In this document: in pieces, positions 1 through 8,693 of the stretch
Layout of the letters: each line of letters begins with the position of its first letter
Position numbering within the stretch: the stretch's first letter is position 1
Source: a virus
Lineage: Duplodnaviria; Caudoviricetes
Reading direction: 5' to 3' (one strand)
Virus record (IMG/VR): IMGVR_UViG_3300001751_000006
Coordinates: 1 to 33,306 of that record
DNA: 33,306 bases
Made by a program: the position numbers and the translations under genes
Notes under the pieces: model-generated
The model's input: only the letters and a program-made list of their open reading frames with translations
Told to the model about the DNA's origin: nothing
Database searches by the model: none

Positions 1-95
1 CCAGCCTCTATATTTCTACTAATCTCCCTCTTAGTAGCTTTGCTTCCTTTCCTGCCTCTTATCGAGGCTGAAAAATATGCAGTAACTTTAATCAT
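1..95 (-). CDS. Partial (runs off the window) paralog of the nucleoside 2-deoxyribosyltransferase-like protein at 243-686
   Basis: ATG at 95 with an upstream GGAG. It translates as MIKVTAYFSASIRGRKGSKATKREISRNIEA, matching ITAYFSHSIRGKKGKDATDEEVAENCHAA of 243-686. Confidence 0.7.
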   Translation of the reverse strand, partial: MIKVTAYFSASIRGRKGSKATKREISRNIEA

Positions 96-242
96 TCTTT
101 CCTCCATAATGTAAATATCTCTTGGCACTACCTCAATTTCTTTAGTCTCTGGATACTTCTTTAAGAGTTCAGTGCCTACCTCATCAACTCTATAAAGATA
201 AGATCCATAGTCCAGCAAATTCGTTTAACTTTATAATTTTCT

Positions 243-686
243 TCACTTCCCACTTGCTTTCATCTCCTGCACAAATTCTATTAGCAATCCAGCAGTAAAA
301 TCATCCAACTTGCTAATGTAAAAAATGGATTTCCCATATTTTTTGGCAGCTTCAATTTCTTTTGCAATACCTCCACCAAGCCACCCGCCTACCTCATAAA
401 CTATGTGAAAGTCTTTCCTTTCCAAAATTTTACAGTCTATTTCAAGAATCTGGTCCTCAGTAAGATATTTATCTCTATAAGTAATGTGAACAAAATCTTC
501 ATGCTCTGCTGGAACATACAAATCAAGTTCAGGAATAACTTCTCGAATCCATTCAGCTACCTTTATAGCCGCATGGCAATTTTCTGCTACTTCTTCATCA
601 GTAGCGTCCTTTCCTTTCTTTCCTCTAATAGAATGCGAAAAGTAAGCTGTTATACTTCCTGTTTTATTTTTCCAGTCTAAATTCAT
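243..686 (-). CDS. Nucleoside 2-deoxyribosyltransferase-like (NDT/Rcl fold) protein
   Basis: YFSHSIRG N-terminal strand, LYVPAEH, ILEIDCKIL, and a GGGIAKEIEAAKKYGKSIF helix carrying the family Glu. Confidence 0.6.
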   Translation of the reverse strand: MNLDWKNKTGSITAYFSHSIRGKKGKDATDEEVAENCHAAIKVAEWIREVIPELDLYVPAEHEDFVHITYRDKYLTEDQILEIDCKILERKDFHIVYEVGGWLGGGIAKEIEAAKKYGKSIFYISKLDDFTAGLLIEFVQEMKASGK

Positions 687-712
687 TTTTTATCTCCAAA
701 TTTAATACTCAC

Positions 713-1216
713 TTATTCTCTTTCTTGATTTTCCCAAATCATTAAGCAGATGGAGCAACCATTCTTTGGCTTATGCTTCCCTTCGTATTTTGGATGTTTG
801 GGACATTGCTTTGGTACATAGCTTGGCATATCATCAAGTTCTGCAGGTAGCAATCCTCTACGAACCATTTCTTTTGTATGTATGTAAACCATTAAATTCC
901 AAAAGGCTGCTAAAGCATGATTTTCATCTATAAGTCCTTCTTGCTCTTGTCGGAGATGTCTTTTTGCTGAATTTATAATTTCACTAAGAGGTAGTCCTTG
1001 CTCCCAATTACGTGGAGGATATCCAGCTTCAACTCCACCTTCACAATGCCTGGCTAGCATATCTTCAGCGATAGGAGAAATAAGTACAGGCATTCCTTTT
1101 CCTCTAGCCTGTTGACGCTTTGCTCCAGTAGAAAACTGCCTTTTCTCTGCATTGAGAACTTTGATCTTACTTGTCTGTGTTGTTCTCTCCACTTTAACTT
1201 CTTTCTTCTTCGCCAT
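713..1216 (-). CDS. dATP/dGTP diphosphohydrolase-like (DUF5664-type) protein with C-terminal Cys/His Zn-finger
   Basis: FSTGAKR..GKG.P.LISP, PRNWEQGLP, SAKRHL and ENHALAAFWN motifs; tail CPKH...CSIC. Confidence 0.7.
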   Translation of the reverse strand: MAKKKEVKVERTTQTSKIKVLNAEKRQFSTGAKRQQARGKGMPVLISPIAEDMLARHCEGGVEAGYPPRNWEQGLPLSEIINSAKRHLRQEQEGLIDENHALAAFWNLMVYIHTKEMVRRGLLPAELDDMPSYVPKQCPKHPKYEGKHKPKNGCSICLMIWENQERE

Positions 1217-1568
1217 TTCTTTCTTCTCCTTTTTTTCTCAAATTTATTTTTGCCTTTATAAGAGCCATTTCTTTAAGAGCCTCTTGATTACTGACAAATC
1301 TATATCTATCTACTATTTTTGCTGATACAAGTTGGTGAACAATAACTGGATCTTCTCCTACCATTGGATCACTAAAAATCTCAAAAAAGAAAACCTTGTC
1401 AATTGTATTTTCACCAGTCTTATCCACTTTGCCTATCTGTGATAGCTGTTTTTCAGCACTCATGCTTATAGGAAGAGCAAATCTTCTTCCATCTATCACT
1501 ATCCCTCCATCAGAGATAGGTTTTATTGTTAAAAAATCTTCTTTGGTTATATATCGTTTAGTATCCAT
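1194..1568 (-). CDS. Hypothetical protein
   Basis: 124-aa ORF overlapping both neighbours, with an RBS-like GGAG/GAAG context. Confidence 0.6.
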   Translation of the reverse strand: MDTKRYITKEDFLTIKPISDGGIVIDGRRFALPISMSAEKQLSQIGKVDKTGENTIDKVFFFEIFSDPMVGEDPVIVHQLVSAKIVDRYRFVSNQEALKEMALIKAKINLRKKGEERNGEEERS

Positions 1569-2248
1569 TAGATTTCATCTACTTCTTTCTTCTTTGTCAT
1601 TCTTCTCCTTAAAGCATTTTCAATAGCAACTCTTTCACCTTTCTTATCACGATGATGTGTTATGGCTTTATCATGACTATATCCATTTGGATATCTGACA
1701 TTGAGCTTAGCTAAATTAACAAGAATAATTTCCTCAAAGGATGAGTCTAGTATATCCAAAACCACTTGCATGTGATATAGCAAAATAAACAACTTGGCAA
1801 GAATTTCTTCCCTACCAAAAGGCTCACCATGATAAAACATGAACTTTTTATATCTATTGAGAAGTTCTCCACTACCACTTGATAAACGCATAAATTCTCG
1901 TAGACTTCCAGATACTTGTTCTTCTACCGTACCATCCCAATAAGTATTAGGGATATGAAGATTAAGCTCCAAAACTTCTGTAATAGATGAACCAAGTGTT
2001 CCAACTATCATCTGAACGTAGTGAAGCAAATCGGATAGCTCAACTAATGTATCAATTCTATCAAATTCAATAGATTCACTAGATTCAGTAAACTCACAAG
2101 AATTTTGATACTTGTTAAGAATCTCACTAGCTTCGCTTGCTATTCCCATAAACCCATGAAGAAGTGCGGGATTAAAACCTTTACAAAATTCCGTTTGCAA
2201 TAAATTAGCAACCATGTTAGCAAAATCTTTTTCAAGCTTTTTGTCCAT
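1568..2248 (-). CDS. MazG-like NTP pyrophosphohydrolase with internal duplication
   Basis: LLHGFMGIASEASE..ELSDLLHY and a C-terminal NLAKLNVRYPNGYS signature; two tandem MazG-like repeats. Confidence 0.75.
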   Translation of the reverse strand: MDKKLEKDFANMVANLLQTEFCKGFNPALLHGFMGIASEASEILNKYQNSCEFTESSESIEFDRIDTLVELSDLLHYVQMIVGTLGSSITEVLELNLHIPNTYWDGTVEEQVSGSLREFMRLSSGSGELLNRYKKFMFYHGEPFGREEILAKLFILLYHMQVVLDILDSSFEEIILVNLAKLNVRYPNGYSHDKAITHHRDKKGERVAIENALRRRMTKKKEVDEI

Positions 2249-2393
2249 CTGCTCCTCCCTTCTTTCTATCTATATATTCTTTCATAGAATTCTCTTTCGT
2301 CTTCTTTACTTGATCAGATATGCGTTCCCTTATTTCTTTATCAACTTGGTCTTGAAGAAATCTAGCTGATCTAAGCTTCTTCTTCTGCCCCAT
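2232..2393 (-). CDS. Small basic hypothetical protein
   Basis: ATG at 2393 follows GGGAGGAG; starts MGQKKKLRSARF. Confidence 0.5.
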   Translation of the reverse strand: MGQKKKLRSARFLQDQVDKEIRERISDQVKKTKENSMKEYIDRKKGGADGQKA

Positions 2394-2394
2394 A

Positions 2395-2991
2395 TTAAAA
2401 CTCCTCCCAACCCCTTTTTGCAAATTCATCTTTCATCTTTTTTAGAATCTTTTTTATCTTTCTCGAAATAACTTTTCTAGACTTTCCAATAAATTGAGAG
2501 GCTATTTCTTCATAAGACATACCATCAACGAAACGCATAACTATCATTTCAAATTCTTCAAAACTAATAACTTTATCATTTATAAGTTTCCAAAACCTTT
2601 CTCTAATAAACTCCATCTCAAGGTTTTTGTAAACCAATGTATCATCTATCAACTTATCTCTATTAGAAAAAGTAAAAGGCTTTTCTCTTGGTTCTTTGTT
2701 ATCTTTTAATACTTCATTGATAATGTATCTTATTATTTTAGTAACTATCTTGCTTCCAGGTTCATCTTCTTTAACCTTTAGCAAAGCTAAATACAATCCC
2801 ACTAAAGCAGATTGATAGAGATCCTGCAATGGAACTCTCATCAAACTATTTCTTTTTCCTATAGCCTTGTGTATAGAATAAAGTACTAATCTATCTTCCA
2901 TCTTTACTATTGCAGTAAAGATAGATGTATCATTAGTTTTTACAAACTCAAGAGCTAATCCTTTAAGTAGTCGATAATCTCTTTCCTGCAT
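2395..2991 (-). CDS. Sigma-70 family RNA polymerase sigma factor (phage-encoded)
   Basis: Region-2-like QDLYQSALVGLYLAL and region-4 HTH MRFVDGMSYEEIASQF..SRKVISRKIKK. Confidence 0.7.
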   Translation of the reverse strand: MQERDYRLLKGLALEFVKTNDTSIFTAIVKMEDRLVLYSIHKAIGKRNSLMRVPLQDLYQSALVGLYLALLKVKEDEPGSKIVTKIIRYIINEVLKDNKEPREKPFTFSNRDKLIDDTLVYKNLEMEFIRERFWKLINDKVISFEEFEMIVMRFVDGMSYEEIASQFIGKSRKVISRKIKKILKKMKDEFAKRGWEEF

Positions 2992-5033
2992 TACAATAAT
3001 CTCTTTTGTGATTTATCAAAGATATCCTTGAATCGTGTAAAAGAGGAATCATCTAATTTGTTAGTATTACTATCCTTTCCTTTAGCACTATCCGACTTCT
3101 TATCTATATGTAGAAGTGAGTTTATTGGATTACTTTGTTTAGGTTTAGTAATAATCTGCTTTACTTTATCTGTAAACTCAGTGGGTATAGGTGTTTCAGA
3201 ATCTCTAACAGCATCCTCAACTGATCCAACTACACCATCTGATACATCTTTCGATCCCTTTAGTACAACATCTGTTGTACTTCCATCTTCCAAAACTTCA
3301 ACATCCACTACTTCATCTGGATGGTCTATCTTATTCTTTTCGCTATCGTCTTCCAGATTAACTAACTCAAAATGAAGATAATCATTCCTGTGACAACACC
3401 ATCTCTTCTCTCCAACGATAGTTCTAAAATTTCTATATATCTGAGGATTCTTATCTAATGAAAGACTGCCACATTTAATTCCAATCCTAGTTAAGATTTG
3501 CTTTGACTCTTCACTAAGAGCATCATAATCATAAGTAACCAACTTGATGTTGAATCCATAAACTACTTTAAGATCTCCAATAAACTTTCTGATTTTATTT
3601 AATGGAATTTTATCTCCGGGCCTTGCTTTTATCCTCACACCAAAATCTGTTTCAACCACTGGAAGCTTTTCTACTCTCATTGCTCCACCATCCATAAGGT
3701 CTTCAACAGTTTTATCTGTCCAACCACTAATGCAAGACATACCCATACCCAAGGCATCACCATTTCCAGAATAAGCTATATCAACGTGAATAAATCTGGG
3801 GCGATGTTTTGGAACTCGAATAGCACTAAAATCTACATAGTTAATAAGATCAATATCATCATTTAATCCAACTTCAATAGTTATTACTTTAATGGGATCT
3901 CTTTTAGCTGGATCATAACAATCTATCAAAAGTTGCTCGGATGGAAATAGTTTTGTCTTTCTAAGCTGATCAACGGATACTCCAGCGAGCCTTCTTAAAT
4001 TTCCAACAAGATCTTTTTGAAATCTTTCTAACAACTCAATCGGAACCATTATTATCTTAAAGCCCAGCTTGTTAGCTTCCTCAATGCCTTTTTGATCTAC
4101 TTCAAACACCCCTCTAACTTCTTGACCAAGAACTTTAGAAGGAGTATATATATCTCCCAGCATGATAGGAAATTTTTCTCCTGAAAAGTTTAAGTCAGTT
4201 CTTACTTCCCAAAGAGCAGCATCTGTAATCCTAACAATTGGAGAATCCTTCATCTTAACAATAAAAGCATTAAGGAATGATAACTTCTCTTGTTTTGAGG
4301 AGCAGAGAAAAAATCTGCCTAATGTTTCACTTTTGTTAGAGTAATTACTAATTCTAACAAATCTTGATTCAAATCTTGATACCGCTGCTTCATAAGCCTG
4401 AAGAACTCTAACTTTTTGTTTTATAGATTCCGTTTCAGAATCAACTTCATCCATTATAGCAAAGATAACATCTTCACTCGTAAATCCAAAACCTTTAGCA
4501 TAAGGAGATGCTGATTTGTACTCAAAAATGGGAAAATCAATTCTAGGATTTTTTTCTGTTCCTGCCAAGAATCCATGCCTTTTAAACCATGGAGAGGATG
4601 TTAGATATGATTGGAGAAGACCATATCCTTTGCTTGAACTTAAACTTTTAGTCAAGTTAAAGAAAACTATAGCCATTTTTCCTGCTATATTTTTTCCAAA
4701 GAATTTCCATGGGTTCTTGAGGCACAAAATACGATACATTCCATAACATATTGAAACAATAGCTGTGGATGTCTTTCCTGTTCCTATCGCTCCTGTAAGC
4801 ACTTGTAAATATCTGGTATCATCTATAGCTATATCAGATAAAACAGGTCTCCAGAAAGGATATATTGTTTTTCCTCTCTCAGTAGAATTTCCCAAGTATT
4901 CAGGATCAGATAAAAATACACCTATAGAAACGGGAATTTCTTTATAGTCCTTTTCCATAAGCACTTCTGAAATTGTGTTGATTCGATCAGTCCTACTAAT
5001 TCTCTTCTGTTGGCCAGCCATCTCCGAATTCAT
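2991..5033 (-). CDS. terL: Terminase large subunit
   Basis: Walker A LTGAIGTGKT, Walker B FAIMDEVD, and RNase H-like nuclease residues HVDIAYS, VTYD, KIDHP, SKDVSDGV. Confidence 0.85.
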   Translation of the reverse strand: MNSEMAGQQKRISRTDRINTISEVLMEKDYKEIPVSIGVFLSDPEYLGNSTERGKTIYPFWRPVLSDIAIDDTRYLQVLTGAIGTGKTSTAIVSICYGMYRILCLKNPWKFFGKNIAGKMAIVFFNLTKSLSSSKGYGLLQSYLTSSPWFKRHGFLAGTEKNPRIDFPIFEYKSASPYAKGFGFTSEDVIFAIMDEVDSETESIKQKVRVLQAYEAAVSRFESRFVRISNYSNKSETLGRFFLCSSKQEKLSFLNAFIVKMKDSPIVRITDAALWEVRTDLNFSGEKFPIMLGDIYTPSKVLGQEVRGVFEVDQKGIEEANKLGFKIIMVPIELLERFQKDLVGNLRRLAGVSVDQLRKTKLFPSEQLLIDCYDPAKRDPIKVITIEVGLNDDIDLINYVDFSAIRVPKHRPRFIHVDIAYSGNGDALGMGMSCISGWTDKTVEDLMDGGAMRVEKLPVVETDFGVRIKARPGDKIPLNKIRKFIGDLKVVYGFNIKLVTYDYDALSEESKQILTRIGIKCGSLSLDKNPQIYRNFRTIVGEKRWCCHRNDYLHFELVNLEDDSEKNKIDHPDEVVDVEVLEDGSTTDVVLKGSKDVSDGVVGSVEDAVRDSETPIPTEFTDKVKQIITKPKQSNPINSLLHIDKKSDSAKGKDSNTNKLDDSSFTRFKDIFDKSQKRLL

Positions 5034-5739
5034 TCCTCTTAATTATTTCTATCTGCTTTCTAACTGTTTCCCTATCTCGTGGATCCATACTATCTGAACT
5101 TTCTATTAGCCGTTGATCGCTAGAAGGGAGTTGTTTTATTTCTCTTGATGTAACTTTCTTATGGCCTCCTTTGCCTTCTTCTATAGCAACCTGACTAAAA
5201 TACTGCTTAACTGTAGTTTTCTCTCCACCAAAACCAAGGCTATCTGCAGCCTTAACTAACTGCTCTTCGTCCTTTCTTCTCTCTGCTCTAATTTTCCTCT
5301 TCATCTCAAAGATGTCAAGATTTGGGACACGATATACATTACATATCTTTTCACATTTTAAGCAAGTGAAGTGTTGCTCTTCCCTATCATTTATTCGTTC
5401 TCTAACTGCTGCATCACAGCAAGCCGATCTATAATAAAATTTATAGCATTCCAACTCCTGTTCATCAGTGTTCAAAAGCATTTCCCTTTGCTTTGTGCCC
5501 ATAAATACATACTCCATTATGTGCACTGCAACAAAAGGATCATTATCCTTCTGTTGTTTTTTAAACTTCTTAATAACTTTTTCAACAAAATCTGCTGTTA
5601 TCCTCTCATCAACATTATCTACTTCATTCTCATACTTAGCTTTGAGATCTACCAAAACTTTTGATAGATCTCCTCTATGCTTAAAAAACAATAACCTAGT
5701 GGTATTTTCCCATTCCAATTTCTGAAGTGAACTAGCCAT
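4996..5739 (-). CDS. Hypothetical protein, candidate terminase small subunit (helical, with CC...CxxC Zn motif)
   Basis: Overlaps terL directly upstream; SACC and CLKC motifs. The function is inferred from position. Confidence 0.4.
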   Translation of the reverse strand: MASSLQKLEWENTTRLLFFKHRGDLSKVLVDLKAKYENEVDNVDERITADFVEKVIKKFKKQQKDNDPFVAVHIMEYVFMGTKQREMLLNTDEQELECYKFYYRSACCDAAVRERINDREEQHFTCLKCEKICNVYRVPNLDIFEMKRKIRAERRKDEEQLVKAADSLGFGGEKTTVKQYFSQVAIEEGKGGHKKVTSREIKQLPSSDQRLIESSDSMDPRDRETVRKQIEIIKRNEFGDGWPTEEN

Positions 5740-5798
5740 GCATTTCCTTTATTTCTGCCTTACTGTAATACCTCTAACATCCTCTACAATAATAAATA

Positions 5799-6161
5799 TC
5801 AATCAATCAATCCAAAGATATCAGCTGCACCACAAATGCAAACATAGTGTTTCTTTCCATCTTGTCCTTCAAAGTATTCCCCCCAAGGAATACCAATATC
5901 AAACATTACTGTAACTTCGGGTTTTAGTTCAGATGGAACAGGATGCATTTTTCCTTTATCATCCACATATCCAGAGCCTATCGCCAAAACAATTCCAGTT
6001 CCATCATGATGCTTTTTCCTATGCTGTTCAGGAATAGCAATTATCTGCTCTTTTCCAAACTTCTCTGGAGGAGGAACAGGCCAAACAAAAACTAAATCCC
6101 TAAGTGGACGATATGGGAATACTAACTTCTTATCTTTCTCTCTATGAAATGGAGTTTTCAT
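5799..6161 (-). CDS. groES: Co-chaperonin GroES-like protein
   Basis: RPLRDLVFV, IAIPE, GIVLAIGSG, LKPEVTVMF and DIFGLID fit the Cpn10 pattern. Confidence 0.75.
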   Translation of the reverse strand: MKTPFHREKDKKLVFPYRPLRDLVFVWPVPPPEKFGKEQIIAIPEQHRKKHHDGTGIVLAIGSGYVDDKGKMHPVPSELKPEVTVMFDIGIPWGEYFEGQDGKKHYVCICGAADIFGLID

Positions 6162-6387
6162 TTTCTTTCTTTCTCTTCTCTCTTCGATAATTCATAATCC
6201 CAGTAACACATAACACAAATCCCATGATAGTAAGTGCAGGTAACCATTTACAAATAGTTACTATCGAAAATATAACATTAGTGGCGGAATAGAGTAACCA
6301 CCACTTGTAGTTTTTGGTAACCATATTCAAACATATAATAATTAAAATAGCTGCTGCTACATCAAGTATTTGAATTACCACATTCAC
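6142..6387 (-). CDS. Small 3-TM membrane protein (PnuC/SemiSWEET-like half transporter)
   Basis: Three hydrophobic segments and WWLLYSATN, typical of phage PnuC-like proteins. Confidence 0.45.
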   Translation of the reverse strand: MNVVIQILDVAAAILIIICLNMVTKNYKWWLLYSATNVIFSIVTICKWLPALTIMGFVLCVTGIMNYRREKRKKENENSIS

Positions 6388-6527
6388 TTTAGATTATTCC
6401 TTTTTTCTTGTTCTTCGATATAAGGCCTAAAAGGACATACTTGGCAAATTTTAGCCTTGTTCTTCCTTTGCCTCTTACAATTTTTATAAAACCAACTATT
6501 AAAATCTATTTTAGTAAACTTCATCAT
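6384..6527 (-). CDS. Small Cys-containing hypothetical protein
   Basis: The likely start MMKFTK follows AGGAAG; contains KICQVCPF. Confidence 0.5.
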   Translation of the reverse strand: MMKFTKIDFNSWFYKNCKRQRKNKAKICQVCPFRPYIEEQEKRNNLK

Positions 6528-6723
6528 CTGCTTCCTGCTCTGTCTCTTCTGGCTTCCAGCAACTAAATCTTGTTCCTTTGCGTAGATCACAAGCAAAATC
6601 TTTGCCCTTTTCTAAACAAAGTGGATAAATTTCCATACCAAATATTTGATCTAAGTATTTACAGCCTGTACAGCCTTCTGAACCATCCGACGAACCATAA
6701 GGAAAAGGATTTGTTCTGCTCAT
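6511..6723 (-). CDS. Small Cys-rich hypothetical protein
   Basis: AGGAG RBS; CTGCKY...C...C...C pattern. Confidence 0.55.
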   Translation of the reverse strand: MSRTNPFPYGSSDGSEGCTGCKYLDQIFGMEIYPLCLEKGKDFACDLRKGTRFSCWKPEETEQEADDEVY

Positions 6724-6734
6724 CTTTTCTTCTC

Positions 6735-7082
6735 CTATATCTTTATACTATCATCAATATAAGTAGCTACACTTCCTTCTACTTCCTCTACATCAACTTG
6801 ATAACAGCTGTCAAACTGCATGCAGATCCAATGAGCTATATTTTCTGCAGTTGTATTCACATCTCCAAATATGTCATTTAAGTAATAGTGATCAAGTTTA
6901 TCCTGAACTTGATTCTTTATTAGTGTGAAATCTATAACCATGCCATTCTTATCAAGTTCATCTGCTTGACAATAGACTGTAATTTTCCAGTTATGCCCGT
7001 GCTTCCTCTGACATTTACTTTCATAATCTAAATTGAGTTTATGTGATGCAGATACTATAAATGTTTTCTTTATTCTATACAT
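6735..7082 (-). CDS. queD: 6-carboxy-5,6,7,8-tetrahydropterin synthase
   Basis: SASHKL, CxxxHGHNW, IDF, LDHYYLN and TTAENIA motifs. Confidence 0.9.
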   Translation of the reverse strand: MYRIKKTFIVSASHKLNLDYESKCQRKHGHNWKITVYCQADELDKNGMVIDFTLIKNQVQDKLDHYYLNDIFGDVNTTAENIAHWICMQFDSCYQVDVEEVEGSVATYIDDSIKI

Positions 7083-7656
7083 TGCTATCTTCTCCTTCTA
7101 CTACTTCACATAACGATGATAAATAACGATATTTCTCTCCAGCTCCCATTCCTGCTCCAACTAAGAATCCATTGCCAAGATATGTCCACCCAGAAATATC
7201 TGGAGCTTCAACTTCAGCTTTAGTTCTCAAAGAAACTTTATCTACCAAAACAGCTGTATGTATCTGCCAAGGTTCATATCCTGATATAAGCTTATTAGCC
7301 TCATCAAGAGTTCTTCCTGTTTCTATACAATCATCTATAATAACAACTTTTCTTCCACAAATATCTTTTCTTGATAAATCCAGAGGAGTCATCAATTTTA
7401 CTTCATTTGATGACTTCATTTTTTCACCATAAGATTCAAGTCCTATATGCCCTATCACTATATCAGGTCTTGCTTCAGGCCAATCCTTTTCTAAGTAGAT
7501 ATCCTCCAGAAGTTTCAGTATTTCATAAGCTGTGTAAGCTCCTCCTTTTAGTATAGCAACAATAGCAAGAGGGAATCCTATATTATATATCTTCCTGGCC
7601 ATCGTCATCATAACAGAATCTATTGATGGTTTATCTAAAACTTGTTTAAGTTTCAT
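7075..7656 (-). CDS. Hypoxanthine/guanine phosphoribosyltransferase-like protein
   Basis: AILKGG, SYG, PRPP-binding VVIIDDCIETGRTL, and FLVGAGM...YRYL. The likely start is MKLKQ at 7656. Confidence 0.8.
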   Translation of the reverse strand: MKLKQVLDKPSIDSVMMTMARKIYNIGFPLAIVAILKGGAYTAYEILKLLEDIYLEKDWPEARPDIVIGHIGLESYGEKMKSSNEVKLMTPLDLSRKDICGRKVVIIDDCIETGRTLDEANKLISGYEPWQIHTAVLVDKVSLRTKAEVEAPDISGWTYLGNGFLVGAGMGAGEKYRYLSSLCEVVEGEDSNV

Positions 7657-7658
7657 TT

Positions 7659-7895
7659 TTATTTCCCTGGTAAAATAATTGGCATCCAATGGGTAATTCC
7701 TATTCTACTCATACCATGACAATACCATCCTTTTCCTGTAGCATAACCAGGTTTTGCCTCTCGTTTGGTACAATCATAATAATAAGCCTCTACCCACCTT
7801 TCACCATTTGTTACAAGAACCCAATCACTTTGGAATGTTTCTTTACCAACTTCTACAAGTTCTGGTAATTGCTCTTCTACTGAAATCCAATTCAT
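7659..7895 (-). CDS. DUF551-like phage protein
   Basis: MNWISVEEQLPE...VLV...ITHWMP signature. Confidence 0.8.
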   Translation of the reverse strand: MNWISVEEQLPELVEVGKETFQSDWVLVTNGERWVEAYYYDCTKREAKPGYATGKGWYCHGMSRIGITHWMPIILPGK

Positions 7896-8530
7896 TCCTG
7901 ACTCTCCCTAATTGCTGCCATCAGTTCAACCTTACTAATTCCTCTCTCCTTTACAACAAGGAATGAGGCATCTGCCGCTCTTGTTAATTCCTCATCTTGA
8001 GTTATAATAATGAATTGTAGATTTAATGTCTTGGAAAGATACTGAATCATATCCCTCACAGACTCAGCATTTTTCAAACCATGTAAGCATCTAAATGGCT
8101 CATCAAAAACTAAAGTGGCTCTTGTCCTATCATACTGAATAGCCCATAGAATTATTCTAAGAGCAAAAGAAACTACATCAGCCTGTCCACCACTAAGTTC
8201 ATCATCCTTCGGAGAAAATCTCTCCCCATCAATAACAATATACATATGAACTTCAGGTTGATTATGAGATATCTCGCTGTCTATTTTGAATGAATGATTA
8301 TCACCAAACACAAACTTAAGAGCTTGAGTAACTAAAACTTCAACAACTTCTTCAAACTCTTGCTGAACCAAAATACCTACAACATTCATAATATCAAGAG
8401 CTTCTTCAAGATTAGTGAGATAGTCCTGATGCTCTTCAATCTCAACTTGCAGATTACTAACTTTATTTTCAAGAATCTCTTTAGTAGCTTTCTTCTTGCT
8501 TAAAAATTTTTCATATCTTATTAGATCCAT
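7892..8530 (-). CDS. sbcC: SbcC/Rad50-like ATPase, C-terminal half
   Basis: Coiled coil followed by ABC signature LSGGQ, Walker B LVFDEPF and H-loop region FIIITQ. Confidence 0.8.
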   Translation of the reverse strand: MDLIRYEKFLSKKKATKEILENKVSNLQVEIEEHQDYLTNLEEALDIMNVVGILVQQEFEEVVEVLVTQALKFVFGDNHSFKIDSEISHNQPEVHMYIVIDGERFSPKDDELSGGQADVVSFALRIILWAIQYDRTRATLVFDEPFRCLHGLKNAESVRDMIQYLSKTLNLQFIIITQDEELTRAADASFLVVKERGISKVELMAAIRESQE

Positions 8531-8690
8531 TGTTTGGCTCTTTGAAGTACTTCAAAAATTTCTCCATAAGTAGTTCAGCATTTCCCATGCTTGCTTTATC
8601 TTTATGTTCTTTAGATTGGAAATGTTTTTTCATATCTGACCATGATGGAAAAGATATTCCACATATATTACAACGAAATTTACCATCCAT
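8511..8690 (-). CDS. 59-aa C2H2 zinc-finger protein (not in ORF track)
   Basis: GAGGAG/AGGT RBS; MDGKFRCNICGISFPSWSDMKKHFQSKEH gives C-x2-C-x12-H-x5-H. Confidence 0.7.
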   Translation of the reverse strand: MDGKFRCNICGISFPSWSDMKKHFQSKEHKDKASMGNAELLMEKFLKYFKEPNNGSNKI

Positions 8691-8693
8691 TAC

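Noticed and set aside
92-246. Short frames between the two NDT-like paralogs
   Set aside because: There is no convincing start or RBS for the longer frame. It may be a frameshifted microgene, but I cannot support that.
713-2248. Z-genome (2-aminoadenine) pathway, suggested by dNTP hydrolases and a family A polymerase
   Set aside because: No PurZ-like gene is in the window, and these hydrolase families are widespread.
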